DNA from: Pirellulaceae bacterium | Lineage (GTDB): Bacteria > Planctomycetota > Planctomycetia > Pirellulales > Pirellulaceae | Assembly (NCBI GenBank): GCA_041752355.1 | Contig: JBGSHH010000085.1 | Span: forward strand, 1 to 60,525 | Direction of reading: 5' to 3' | DNA: 60,525 bases | In this document: positions 48,986 through 58,221 of the stretch, in pieces | How the letters are laid out: the number at the start of each line of letters is the position of its first letter | Position numbering within the stretch: the stretch's first letter is position 1 | The notes under the pieces: model-generated | What the model was told of the DNA's origin: nothing | Seen by the model: the letters and a program-made list of their open reading frames with translations, nothing else | Databases searched by the model: none | Position numbers and translations under genes: made by a program

Positions 48986-50395
48986 TCAAGGGGCCAACAG
49001 CAAGCGCCCCGGCGCTTTCAGATAGTTCATCACGTCGTTTAAGAATCGAGCGGCGGTGGCACCATCGATTAGGCGATGGTCGTAGGACAATGACAAGGGC
49101 ATCATCAGGCGAGCTTCGATCTTGTCCCCTTCCACCACCACGGGCAGTTTGCGGGCGCGACCGACGAGCAGGATCGCCACTTCCGGATAGTTGATCATGG
49201 GCGTGGAGTAGGTACCGCCAATCGAACCCAAGTTGCTGATCGTGAAGGTACTGCCGCGTAAATCGTCGACGCCGAAGTTGCTGTCGCGGATCTTATCGGC
49301 CAGTGCCCCAATGCCGCGTGCGACTTCCGCTACCGACAAATGATCGACACCGCGCAGCGAGGGAACCACCAGCCCACGATCGCTATCGACCGCAATGCCG
49401 ATGTTCACATATTCCTTGTAGACGATTTGCTCGTTTTCCATGTCGATCGACGCATTCACCGTGGGGTGATTGCGAAGTGCCATGGCACAAGCTTTAACGA
49501 TAAACGGCAGCGTCGTGAGCTTGATGCCTGCCTGGGCGTAGTCGTTCTTGCTGGATTGCCGAATCTTTTCGAGCTCCGTCACATCCACATCGTCGAAGTT
49601 GGTAACGCGCGGACAGGTTGACCACGACTCGTGCATCTTCTGAGCGATGACCTTGCGGATCTTCGGCATTTTTTCCAGCCGGACTGGCCCCCAATTGTCC
49701 GATTGGCCGCTGCCAGCTTTCGCCGCGGCGGGTGCGCCATTGCCCGACTTCGCGCTGTGACTAGCCGATCGCACCGCGTTGAGAACATCCTCCCGCGTGA
49801 TGCGAGCACCAGGGCCACTGCCGGTCACGTGCTTGAGATCGACGCCAACTTCCCGTGCAAAACGACGCACAGCGGGACCAGCGGCGACATCGGCATCATC
49901 GCCGACTTCCGCATCAACTTCGGCCACCGCCACGACAGGCTCTGATGCTGGTTTGGCAGGTGCTGTTGCTGGTGCAGCAGGTTTGGGAGTAGGCGGCGCC
50001 GAAGCGGCCGGCGTTGGCTTGGTGGACGCAGGTTTCTCGGACGCGGGAGTTTGCTTGGGTGCAGGTTTTTCAGGCGCTGGTTTCTCAGGCGCTGGAGCGG
50101 CCTGTGCCGCCGGTGTTGGCTTCGCGGGCGTCGGTGCCGCGTTGCCCGCCCCTTCGCTGACTTCCAACGTCAACAGGCTACCGCCGATCTCGACGCTCTG
50201 TCCTTGCTTGACATTAATCTGTGTCACTTTGCCTGCATGTGAACTCGGCACTTCGACCGAAGCCTTGTCGGTTTCGACCTCAAAAATGCCCTGATCCTTC
50301 TTAATCGTCTCGCCGACTTTGACGAGCACTTCCAGGATATCGCCCGACTTGATGCCGTCGCCAAGGTTGGGGAGTTTGATGTCGATGGTAGGCAT
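48986..50395 (-). CDS. aceF: Dihydrolipoamide acetyltransferase (E2) of the pyruvate dehydrogenase complex
   Basis: 469 aa with one lipoyl domain (EVETDKASVEVPS), a long Ala/Pro/Lys linker, a peripheral-subunit-binding domain (GPAVRRFAREVGVDL) and a catalytic SYDHRLIDGA motif. Confidence 0.9.
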   Translation of the reverse strand: MPTIDIKLPNLGDGIKSGDILEVLVKVGETIKKDQGIFEVETDKASVEVPSSHAGKVTQINVKQGQSVEIGGSLLTLEVSEGAGNAAPTPAKPTPAAQAAPAPEKPAPEKPAPKQTPASEKPASTKPTPAASAPPTPKPAAPATAPAKPASEPVVAVAEVDAEVGDDADVAAGPAVRRFAREVGVDLKHVTGSGPGARITREDVLNAVRSASHSAKSGNGAPAAAKAGSGQSDNWGPVRLEKMPKIRKVIAQKMHESWSTCPRVTNFDDVDVTELEKIRQSSKNDYAQAGIKLTTLPFIVKACAMALRNHPTVNASIDMENEQIVYKEYVNIGIAVDSDRGLVVPSLRGVDHLSVAEVARGIGALADKIRDSNFGVDDLRGSTFTISNLGSIGGTYSTPMINYPEVAILLVGRARKLPVVVEGDKIEARLMMPLSLSYDHRLIDGATAARFLNDVMNYLKAPGRLLLAP

Positions 50396-50454
50396 GGTAC
50401 GCGGAATAGGTTCGAGGGAAGTTATCGGAATCGTCGGTTACAGCCAGCAATCAG

Positions 50455-53187
50455 CTACGCGAAGTAAGGATCGATTTTTTCCGTATCGATGCCTAAATCT
50501 TTGATCGCCTGAGCGACCTCGCCGGCAGGGAGAAGCCCCTGCTTCGACAGGCGATAGAGCGTGGCGACCACGATGCATTGGGCATCGACTTCAAAATGGC
50601 GACGCAAAGCGGCGCGAGATTCGCTGCGGCCCATCCCGTCGGTTCCCAGCACGAAGTAGTCGCCGGGAATCCAGCGCGTGAGTTGCTCCGGCAATGCCCG
50701 TACGTAGTCGGACGCGGCGATGAACGTGCCGCTCTCGCCAGCGAGAGCATTCTCGACATAGCACTTGCGCGGCGTTTGATCGGGATGCAACATATTCCAG
50801 CGCTCCACAGCGTGGGCGTCGCGGCGGAGTTCGTTGTAGCTGGTCAAACTCCAAACGTTGCTGCTAATGCCATACTTCTCGGCGAGGATCTTTTGCGCGT
50901 CCAGAGCGCAGTTCATAATCGAGCCGCTGCCGAACAAGTTGACCTTGTGCTTGGCATTGTCAGCCTCGACCGTCCGAAATTTATACATGCCGCGAATGAT
51001 CCCCTCTTCACAGCTCTCAGGCATGCCAGGCTGGAGATAGTCTTCGTTGCCGACCATGAGGTAGTACATGGCCGTTTCTCCATCTTCGTACAGCTTTTTC
51101 AAGCCATCGAGTACGATCACCGACGTCTCGTAAGAGAACGCTGGATCGTAGGCACGTACGGTCGGAAACGCGATGGCGTTGAGCAAGCTGTGGCCATCCT
51201 CGTGCTGCAAGCCTTCGCCATTGAGCGTGGTTCGCCCAGCGGTGCCGCCGATGAGGAAGCCTTTGCAACGCGAATCGGCGGCGGCCCAAATCAAGTCGCC
51301 GACGCGCTGGAAACCGAACATCGAGTAATAGATATAGAACGGGATCATCGGCACGCCATTGGTGGCGTAGGACATACCGGCCGCCATGAACGACGACATC
51401 GCGCCCGCTTCGTTGATCCCTTCTTCGAGGATCTGACCGTCTTGCGATTCCTTATAGAAAGAGAGATTTCCACCAATATTATCCACCGGTTCGTAAAGCT
51501 GACCGGCGTGCGCATAAATGCCAATTTCGCGGAACATCCCCTCCATACCAAAAGTGCGCGATTCATCCGGCACAATCGGCACGACGTTCTTGCCGATCTT
51601 CTTGTCTTTGACCAATCGTCGTAGCAACTGCACAAAGCCAAAGGTCGTGGAGGTCTCTTTCTCCGCATCGCGGGCGATGAACGAGCGATAGTCTTCGAGA
51701 GTGGGCACTTCCAATTTGGGTTGTGCGAGCGGACGCGATGGCACGGGGCCACCAAGTTTTTCACGACGTTCGCGCAAGTAGCGCATTTCGAGGCTATCCT
51801 CAGGCGGCTTGTAGAACGGCGCGTTCTTGACATCCTCATCGGAAATCGGAATGCCGAAGCGGCTGCGGAATTCGAGCATTTCCTTTTCGTTGAGCTTCTT
51901 CTGGTTGTGGGCGATCATGCGCCCTTCGCCTGCTTCGCCTAGGCCGTAGCCTTTGATCGTCTTGGCGAGGATCACAGTGGGCCGATCTTTGGTTTCGACG
52001 GCGGCCTTGTAAGCGGCAAAAACCTTTTCGGGATCGTGCCCACCGCGGCGCAGCTTTTCGAGTTTCTCGTCGGAGTAGTTCGCGACCAGTTCGGCGAGTT
52101 CCGGATACTTCCCGAAGAAGTGCTCGCGAATATAAGATCCCGGCATGCCCGTGTATTTTTGGTACTGGCCATCGACCACTTCGCCCATTCGCTTGATGAG
52201 CATGCCAGATTTATCTTTTTCCAGCAGGGCGTCCCAGTCGTCTCCCCAAACGACTTTGATGACGTTCCAGCCAGCACCACGAAACAGCGCCTCTAACTCT
52301 TGAATAATCTTGCCATTGCCGCGCACTGGGCCATCGAGCCGTTGCAGGTTGCAGTTGATGACAAAGATGAGATTGTCGAGCTTCTCGCGTGAAGCCAGCG
52401 TGATCGCGCCGAGCGTTTCCGGCTCATCGCATTCACCATCGCCGAGGAACGCCCACACTTTGCGATTGCGGTTTTCAAGCAGACCGCGATCGTACATGTA
52501 CTCTAAAAACCGTGCCTGGTAGATGGCCGTAATCGGACCAATCCCCATCGAGACAGTCGGAAACTCCCAAAACTCCGGCATTAACCACGGATGGGGATAG
52601 GACGAGAGGCCCGGTACTGGCTGCAATTCGCGGCGGAAGTTGACGAGGTTTTCTTCCGAGAAACGACCTTCGAGGAACGCCCGCGAGTACATGCCTGGCG
52701 AAGCATGACCTTGGTAATAGACTAGATCGTGTTCGTACCCCCCCTTACCGCGTCCTCGAAAGAAGTGGTTGAAGCCTACTTCGTACAGCGTCGCGCTGCT
52801 GGCGAAGGTGCTGATGTGTCCGCCGATGCCCGCGACATTGCCGTTATTGGCGCGCGTCACCATCGCCATGGCGTTCCAGCGGATGATACTCTTAATGCGA
52901 CGTTCGAGTTCGCGATTGCCGGGATAAGCAGGCTGATGTTCGGGTGGGATGGTATTGATGTACGGTGTGTTCATCGGCATCGGCACATCGACGCCGTGGG
53001 AGGCGGCGCGGTTTTCCAAAGCCGAGAGCAGGAATTTCACACGTTCCGCGCCCTTGCTCGACAGGACATACTCGAGGGATTCGAGCCATTCCTGTGTTTC
53101 CCCCGGGTCGATATCCGGGACCGGGTGTACGAAGGGTTCGGTGGGGGTTTCCTCGGAGCCGAGCAATGTGGAAGCGTCAGCCATCAA
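50455..53187 (-). CDS. aceE: Pyruvate dehydrogenase E1 component, homodimeric type
   Basis: 910 aa, the length and colinearity of AceE-type E1 (GHISTFASSATLYEVGFNHFFRG, FLGDGECDEPE). Directly upstream of aceF. Confidence 0.9.
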   Translation of the reverse strand: MMADASTLLGSEETPTEPFVHPVPDIDPGETQEWLESLEYVLSSKGAERVKFLLSALENRAASHGVDVPMPMNTPYINTIPPEHQPAYPGNRELERRIKSIIRWNAMAMVTRANNGNVAGIGGHISTFASSATLYEVGFNHFFRGRGKGGYEHDLVYYQGHASPGMYSRAFLEGRFSEENLVNFRRELQPVPGLSSYPHPWLMPEFWEFPTVSMGIGPITAIYQARFLEYMYDRGLLENRNRKVWAFLGDGECDEPETLGAITLASREKLDNLIFVINCNLQRLDGPVRGNGKIIQELEALFRGAGWNVIKVVWGDDWDALLEKDKSGMLIKRMGEVVDGQYQKYTGMPGSYIREHFFGKYPELAELVANYSDEKLEKLRRGGHDPEKVFAAYKAAVETKDRPTVILAKTIKGYGLGEAGEGRMIAHNQKKLNEKEMLEFRSRFGIPISDEDVKNAPFYKPPEDSLEMRYLRERREKLGGPVPSRPLAQPKLEVPTLEDYRSFIARDAEKETSTTFGFVQLLRRLVKDKKIGKNVVPIVPDESRTFGMEGMFREIGIYAHAGQLYEPVDNIGGNLSFYKESQDGQILEEGINEAGAMSSFMAAGMSYATNGVPMIPFYIYYSMFGFQRVGDLIWAAADSRCKGFLIGGTAGRTTLNGEGLQHEDGHSLLNAIAFPTVRAYDPAFSYETSVIVLDGLKKLYEDGETAMYYLMVGNEDYLQPGMPESCEEGIIRGMYKFRTVEADNAKHKVNLFGSGSIMNCALDAQKILAEKYGISSNVWSLTSYNELRRDAHAVERWNMLHPDQTPRKCYVENALAGESGTFIAASDYVRALPEQLTRWIPGDYFVLGTDGMGRSESRAALRRHFEVDAQCIVVATLYRLSKQGLLPAGEVAQAIKDLGIDTEKIDPYFA

Positions 53188-53492
53188 AAAACCTCGCTAG
53201 AAGCCGAAAGTCAAAGTGAGTGGCCCCAAGTCCGGCGACCTGCCGCCAACCGAACTCAAATGGGACGTTGCTTAACCTGGAAATATACACCGCCGGGAGA
53301 GTTTACGGCAGGCGTCCCCGGTGTCCAGCGGCTAGGATCAAGCCGTTGACCGGCCCAATCGCGGGGACAGCGGGGAACTTCGCCTAATTGTCTGGGAGAA
53401 GGAGCGAATTGTACAGGGGCAAAATCGTCGTTTGTCCCCCAGGAAGATTAGTACTTCGACAACTCACGACTTGGATAGCCCGGTTGACCCTA

Positions 53493-54275
53493 TCATCCGC
53501 TCACCCGATTCCGGCCCACTTGTTTCGCGGTGTAAAGATGTTGATCGGCTTGATCGAGCAAGGAGGCCACGGTGACGCCGGATTCGCCACGTGTGGATGC
53601 GACGCCAATGCTGATGGTGACTTGAAATTGAGCACCATCGGTGGTGAAAGGCCCCTCGGCAATGAGTTTCCGCAGTCGTTCGGCCACGATCATGGCGTCG
53701 GCTAGTTCCGTGTCGGCCATCACCAGCGCAAATTCCTCGCCGCCATAACGGGCGAGCATTTCATCGCCCCGCACCAGCGACTTTGCCCGCCGGCAGAGTT
53801 CGCTGAGCACCTCGTCTCCGGCCAAATGTCCATAGCGATCATTGACCGCCTTGAAGCGATCAACATCAAAAAGCAGCACCGACAATGGTCTCCCATAGCG
53901 CTGGCTGCGATGCAAATCGCGCTCCAGCACTTCCATGAGATAACGCTTGTTATAGGCCTGCGTGAGGCCATCGGTGGTCATGATTTTATAGATCGATTCG
54001 CAGTATTCGACCTCTTGCAAATCAGTGCCCAAGAACCGGAAGATCTGGTTCCCAAGGCGCAAACGATCGCCGGCCACAATGAGTTGACTGGCGATTCGTC
54101 GATCGTTGACATAGGTGCCATTGGTGCTGCCGAGATCGGTGACCAAATAACCTTCGCGAGCTGATTCGAGCGCGGCGTGGCGGCGGGAGACGGAATCATC
54201 GGCCAGTTCAATATCGCATTTGCTATCGCGGCCGAGCACTTGATAGCAGCCGGTTAATTCTAATACCTGTCCCAA
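53493..54275 (-). CDS. FHA-domain diguanylate cyclase (FHA-GGDEF)
   Basis: 260 aa. FHA core (VLGRDSKCDIELADDSVSRRHAAL...DLGSTNGTYVN) followed by a GGDEF domain with active-site RYGGEEF. The only possible start is TTG 54275, with an in-frame stop 7 codons upstream. Confidence 0.75.
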   Translation of the reverse strand: MGQVLELTGCYQVLGRDSKCDIELADDSVSRRHAALESAREGYLVTDLGSTNGTYVNDRRIASQLIVAGDRLRLGNQIFRFLGTDLQEVEYCESIYKIMTTDGLTQAYNKRYLMEVLERDLHRSQRYGRPLSVLLFDVDRFKAVNDRYGHLAGDEVLSELCRRAKSLVRGDEMLARYGGEEFALVMADTELADAMIVAERLRKLIAEGPFTTDGAQFQVTISIGVASTRGESGVTVASLLDQADQHLYTAKQVGRNRVSG

Positions 54276-54329
54276 ACCTTCCCCGAGACGGTCTCAACTC
54301 GATTCATCTTTCATTGAACGTGGGGCCTT

Positions 54330-54567
54330 ATGTATCAAGAAGTTACGTCAATCGCCGGTCGTCGTCCTTCACCCTTGGACGGCCCATTTTGAAGAAGAAC
54401 CGGCTCCCAAACCAGCTCGGAAGAAACGCCCTGACGGCATGAAACTGGCTCGGCATTATCAGGCTCTTCTCGACTCTGGCAAGTTTGAAAGCCGTGCCGC
54501 ACTGGCCCGTCATCTTGACGTCAGCCGGGCACGAGTGACACAGGTGCTCGCGAGACTCAAAGAGTAA
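54330..54567 (+). pseudogene. Small HTH-type gene interrupted by a 1-nt insertion in a T4 run (an intact 42-aa remnant is possible from 54439)
   Basis: ATG 54330 opens MYQEVTSIAGRRPSPLDGPF, then TGA at 54390. Removing one T from TTTT (54387-54390) fuses it in frame to EEEPAPKPARKKRPDGMKLARHYQALLDSGKFESRAALARHLDVSRARVTQVLARLKE, giving a 78-aa product with a C-terminal helix-turn-helix. Confidence 0.5.
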
Positions 54568-54682
54568 GTCATCGATCCGCGAGCGGGTTTGCTCAACGCA
54601 GTTGGTGCTTGATTGTTCCTTTCAAATGGTACATAATACCTCCACAAGTGGTTTTATGGTGGGCTTTTGTAACAGGACGGAA

Positions 54683-55285
54683 ATGAACGAAGCAGAGCGA
54701 CAGGCAAGGCAGGCTTTTGAGCAGCACGGCGGAGTGCTGAGGATGTCCGACGCGCTACGCGCTGGCGTCCATCGCCGTACCCTGTATGCCATGCGCGACT
54801 CTGGCCAGATCGAGGTACTTGCACGCGGCCTGTATCGACTCTCGGACGCTCAACCGCTTGGGCACCCTGACCTTGTCACCGTCTGCGCCAAAATCCCCCG
54901 GGCAGTGGTCTGTCTTGTCTCCGCACTTGCATTCCACGATCTCACCACCCAAATACCGCATGAAGTCTGGATCGCCATCCCACGAAATAGCGAACCCCCA
55001 CGACTCGAATATCCGCCTGTCCGCATCTTCCGCATGGGAGCGACAGCGTATGAGGCCGGAATTGAGACGCATACTCTCGATGGTGTCCCAATCAAGATAT
55101 ATGGCCGTGAGAAAACACTCGCTGATTGCTTCAAATATCGCAGCGAGGTTGGCATGGACTCCGTTCTTGAGGCGGTGCGTCGCTACAAGGCCCAAGGAAA
55201 GGTCAACGCAGACGAACTGCTCCGTTATGCCTCCATTTGCCGGGTTGCCCAAGTGGCACGACCGTATCTGGAGGCCGTGCTATGA
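54683..55285 (+). CDS. abiEi: AbiEi-family antitoxin / transcriptional regulator (type IV TA)
   Basis: Start trimmed to ATG 54683 (preceded by aggacgg). The N-terminal winged-helix pattern is GVLRMSDALRAGVHRRTLYAMRDSGQIEVLARGLYRL. Its stop overlaps the downstream ATG in ATGA (55282-55285). Confidence 0.75.
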   Translation: MNEAERQARQAFEQHGGVLRMSDALRAGVHRRTLYAMRDSGQIEVLARGLYRLSDAQPLGHPDLVTVCAKIPRAVVCLVSALAFHDLTTQIPHEVWIAIPRNSEPPRLEYPPVRIFRMGATAYEAGIETHTLDGVPIKIYGREKTLADCFKYRSEVGMDSVLEAVRRYKAQGKVNADELLRYASICRVAQVARPYLEAVL

Positions 55286-56190
55286 TCCGGGACCTTCCTG
55301 CATCGGTTCGCCAGCGACTGCTCGACAATGCCCGTTTGACCGGGCGTCCATTTCAGGAAGTGCTCCAGTATTTTGCGATGGAGCGTTTTCTTTATCGCCT
55401 TTCTCAATCGCCGCATGCAAATACGTTCGTGCTCAAGGGCGCTTTGCTTTTCACGGCTTGGGGCGGGCCTGCGACACGACCGACGAAGGATATTGACTTG
55501 CTGGCCCGAATGGACAACGCCGTGGACGCGGTAACGGCGGTGATAAAGGAAGTGTGCAGCCTGGAGGTGCAACCTGACGGTTTAGCATTCGACCTGGAAA
55601 GTGTTTCCGGGGAGGCCATCAAAGAAGATGCAGACTATTCTGGTGTTCGTGTTACCTTTCTGGTCACGATTCAAAATGCACGCATTTCGATGCAGATAGA
55701 TGTCGGGTTTGGTGATGTCGTCACTCCATCCGTAAACGCAACGACGTATCCAGTGTTGCTTGACTTTCCAGCGCCTGAATTGCTTAGCTATCCACGAGAG
55801 ACCGTTGTTGCCGAGAAGTTCGAGGCCATGACGAAACTTGGCACTTTTAACAGTCGAATGAAAGACTTTTACGACATATGGATACTATCAAGGCAGTTCA
55901 GCTTTAATGGTGCCAGTTTAGCAGATGCGATCAGCCAAACATTCGCTAATCGGCAGACGGCTGTCACCGCGAAACCCGTCGCATTGACACCGGCATTCAG
56001 CCGGGACAATGCAAAGCAAACCCAGTGGCAGGGATTCGTTCGCAAGTCAAAATTGGACGGAGCGCCTGCCGATCTATCCTCAGTGATTGATGATTTGGTT
56101 CTGTTCCTGCAACCAGTTGCAGAAGCGATTGAAAACGGCGTCCGATTCGATATGACATGGATGCCACCTGGGCCATGGAGCACAATCTAA
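55282..56190 (+). CDS. abiEii: AbiEii/AbiGii-family nucleotidyltransferase toxin (DUF1814)
   Basis: 302 aa from MIRDLPASVRQRLLD. NTase-fold motifs FVLKGALLF, PTKDIDLLA (DxD) and MQIDVGFGD. Start-stop coupled to abiEi. Confidence 0.75.
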   Translation: MIRDLPASVRQRLLDNARLTGRPFQEVLQYFAMERFLYRLSQSPHANTFVLKGALLFTAWGGPATRPTKDIDLLARMDNAVDAVTAVIKEVCSLEVQPDGLAFDLESVSGEAIKEDADYSGVRVTFLVTIQNARISMQIDVGFGDVVTPSVNATTYPVLLDFPAPELLSYPRETVVAEKFEAMTKLGTFNSRMKDFYDIWILSRQFSFNGASLADAISQTFANRQTAVTAKPVALTPAFSRDNAKQTQWQGFVRKSKLDGAPADLSSVIDDLVLFLQPVAEAIENGVRFDMTWMPPGPWSTI

Positions 56191-56286
56191 CGGTACCCGA
56201 TCGTATCATCAAAGATGGGCGCGGTTTGCAACTTCTAAGGTGCCGAACAGAACCGCAGGTTTAGAATACGAAATGGATTAATGGAT

Positions 56287-58221
56287 TCAGCTCAATTTGA
56301 ACCCCATTTCTTGAAGAAATCTCGATGGGGCTTTTCCATATCCAAAATACCTTGCTGCGAACGTCAAGGTGAGCGACTCCTCCGCTCGGGTGATGGCTAC
56401 GAAGCAATTTCGCCGTTCCTCACGCATCTCGTCACTGTTGTCTCCCGCTTTGCGAGCATAGTAACCCGGCAGCTCGTCCTCTACCAATCCGATAAGGAAA
56501 ACATGCTTGAACTCCATCCCCTTTGATGAGGCAATGGTCAGGCAACGAACCGCATTGGGCGGCGCGGGCTTTTCTTTCGCACGAAGATCGATTTCCTGAA
56601 GGAAGTTATGAAGGCTTAACTCTGTCACATCGTAATGCTGCGCAATATCTGTACGCAGAGATGTCCATATTTCCTGTTCATCCTCAAAATCCTGAAAAGC
56701 AGATTGCGAGGCAGAACCAGTTGGCTGCTTTTGAATTTCTCCGAACCAACGATGTGCCGCAGCAATAAACTTCCAGTAATCCATTCGTTCTGCCAGCGAT
56801 TCGGCTGTGTGGGTAAGCACTTCATTGGACGGGTGACTCACTTCGGTGCGTTGGGTCGCAAGTTGTAACCAAGCCCTCAGATAGCCATCCTGGTTAACGG
56901 AGGCGAGGGGAATAACATCCTGCACTTCGATCTTGACCCCTTCAAGATCGAAGAATGCCTTGGTCATTCGGCGTAACTGCTCCTTGTCCATCGGGGCATT
57001 GGCCAACCTTAGAGCTGCGTGCAAAAAGCGATAGGGAGCTGACTCGAACTCATTTTTTCGCACTGCGATGTATGCGGGGACTGACTGCGCGGTTAGTGTT
57101 TGAACGGCTTCTTCTAACAGTTTTTTGCGGCGAGCAAGAATGACGCATCCTGCTCGTTCATCTGGCGTTTTTTCAGAAATATTGTTGGCAACCCACGTCA
57201 ATTCTTCCGAAAAGTCATTGAAATGCTGAGCCACAAGACCTTGATTGCCCACTCCTGGCTTATGTGCAGTCAGTGGCTTCTTATCTGCCGAACGATCCGT
57301 GTTAAATGCAATCAGGCTATTAGCCAGTTGAATGACAATTGGGGGGCAGCGGTAGTTTTCGGGAAGCTGGATCACCGGCATAACATACCGTTCACGTAAT
57401 TCCCTCAGCCGGTCTGGGCTTGCACCGTTCCATTGATAAAGAACCTGGTCATCATCGGCAACGACGAACAGGTTGGGAGTCGTCTCTGGTACAAGTTGAA
57501 CAAGCAGCCTGAATTGAGCTGAATTGGTATCCTGGCATTCGTCAACGCATACATGGGTGTAAACGCGGCGAATCTGCTTTGAGATGGCCGGTTTCGACTC
57601 TAGCAAATCAACGGCGATTGCAAGAAGTGAAGCAAAATCCAACTGATTGGCGTCAATAAGTCGATCTCGGTATGCCTTATAAACTGCGGCAATCTCTTTT
57701 GCATGTGGAGTATCACCCAGTAACGTCTCGGCCTCGTTTACAGGTATGCATTCGTCGAGCATACGTGTGATCGTGGGGAGCAGTTGTCCTGCCTTTGGAG
57801 CAAAGTCGCTATCGTCCGTAATCACGGTTTTGATGGCATCTGACAGGATTTCCTCGCGGTCGGCCTGTTCCGTGAGGATGCTAAAGTCTGGCCGGAGTCC
57901 GGAGTGGCTTCCGTGCTGACGAAGAATCTCTGCCGCAAATGAATGAAAGGTTGTCAGCGTGACGCGATCACGCGCCTGCACGAGCATCGCATCGATCCGC
58001 TGTCGCATTTCACCTGCCGCCTTGTTGGTGAAAGTGACGCCTAGCACACGAAAACGCGCATCAGGCGAGGCGGCAATCAGCCGGGCAATTCGGCAGGTCA
58101 GCACCCGCGTCTTGCCGGAGCCTGGGCCTGCGAGAACGAGAACTGGCCCAGTCTCCCACAACACAGCGCTTCGCTGGCTCTCGTTTAGGCCAAATGCGTC
58201 GATATCGAAGCTCATCGGCAT
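56287..58221 (-). CDS. gajB: UvrD/Rep/PcrA-family SF1 helicase, GajB-like
   Basis: 644 aa. Motif I LAGPGSGKTRV, motif II VCVDECQDTN, NYRCPP, TIASSKGMEFKHVFL, and motif VI CFVAITRAEESL. It overlaps the upstream OLD gene by 10 nt. The alternative start ATG 58215 gives an ATGA overlap. Confidence 0.8.
   Translation of the reverse strand: MPMSFDIDAFGLNESQRSAVLWETGPVLVLAGPGSGKTRVLTCRIARLIAASPDARFRVLGVTFTNKAAGEMRQRIDAMLVQARDRVTLTTFHSFAAEILRQHGSHSGLRPDFSILTEQADREEILSDAIKTVITDDSDFAPKAGQLLPTITRMLDECIPVNEAETLLGDTPHAKEIAAVYKAYRDRLIDANQLDFASLLAIAVDLLESKPAISKQIRRVYTHVCVDECQDTNSAQFRLLVQLVPETTPNLFVVADDDQVLYQWNGASPDRLRELRERYVMPVIQLPENYRCPPIVIQLANSLIAFNTDRSADKKPLTAHKPGVGNQGLVAQHFNDFSEELTWVANNISEKTPDERAGCVILARRKKLLEEAVQTLTAQSVPAYIAVRKNEFESAPYRFLHAALRLANAPMDKEQLRRMTKAFFDLEGVKIEVQDVIPLASVNQDGYLRAWLQLATQRTEVSHPSNEVLTHTAESLAERMDYWKFIAAAHRWFGEIQKQPTGSASQSAFQDFEDEQEIWTSLRTDIAQHYDVTELSLHNFLQEIDLRAKEKPAPPNAVRCLTIASSKGMEFKHVFLIGLVEDELPGYYARKAGDNSDEMREERRNCFVAITRAEESLTLTFAARYFGYGKAPSRFLQEMGFKLS

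Noticed and set aside
49950-50160. Repetitive DNA (ggcgctggtttctcaggcgctgg...) that could look like a tandem repeat or mini-array
   Set aside because: It encodes the Ala/Pro/Lys-rich interdomain linker of the E2 acetyltransferase (PAPEKPAPEKPAPK), an expected low-complexity coding repeat and not a CRISPR or satellite.
50578-51624. 348-aa plus-strand ORF
   Set aside because: Antisense to aceE, whose identity is unambiguous. No motifs in the antisense product.
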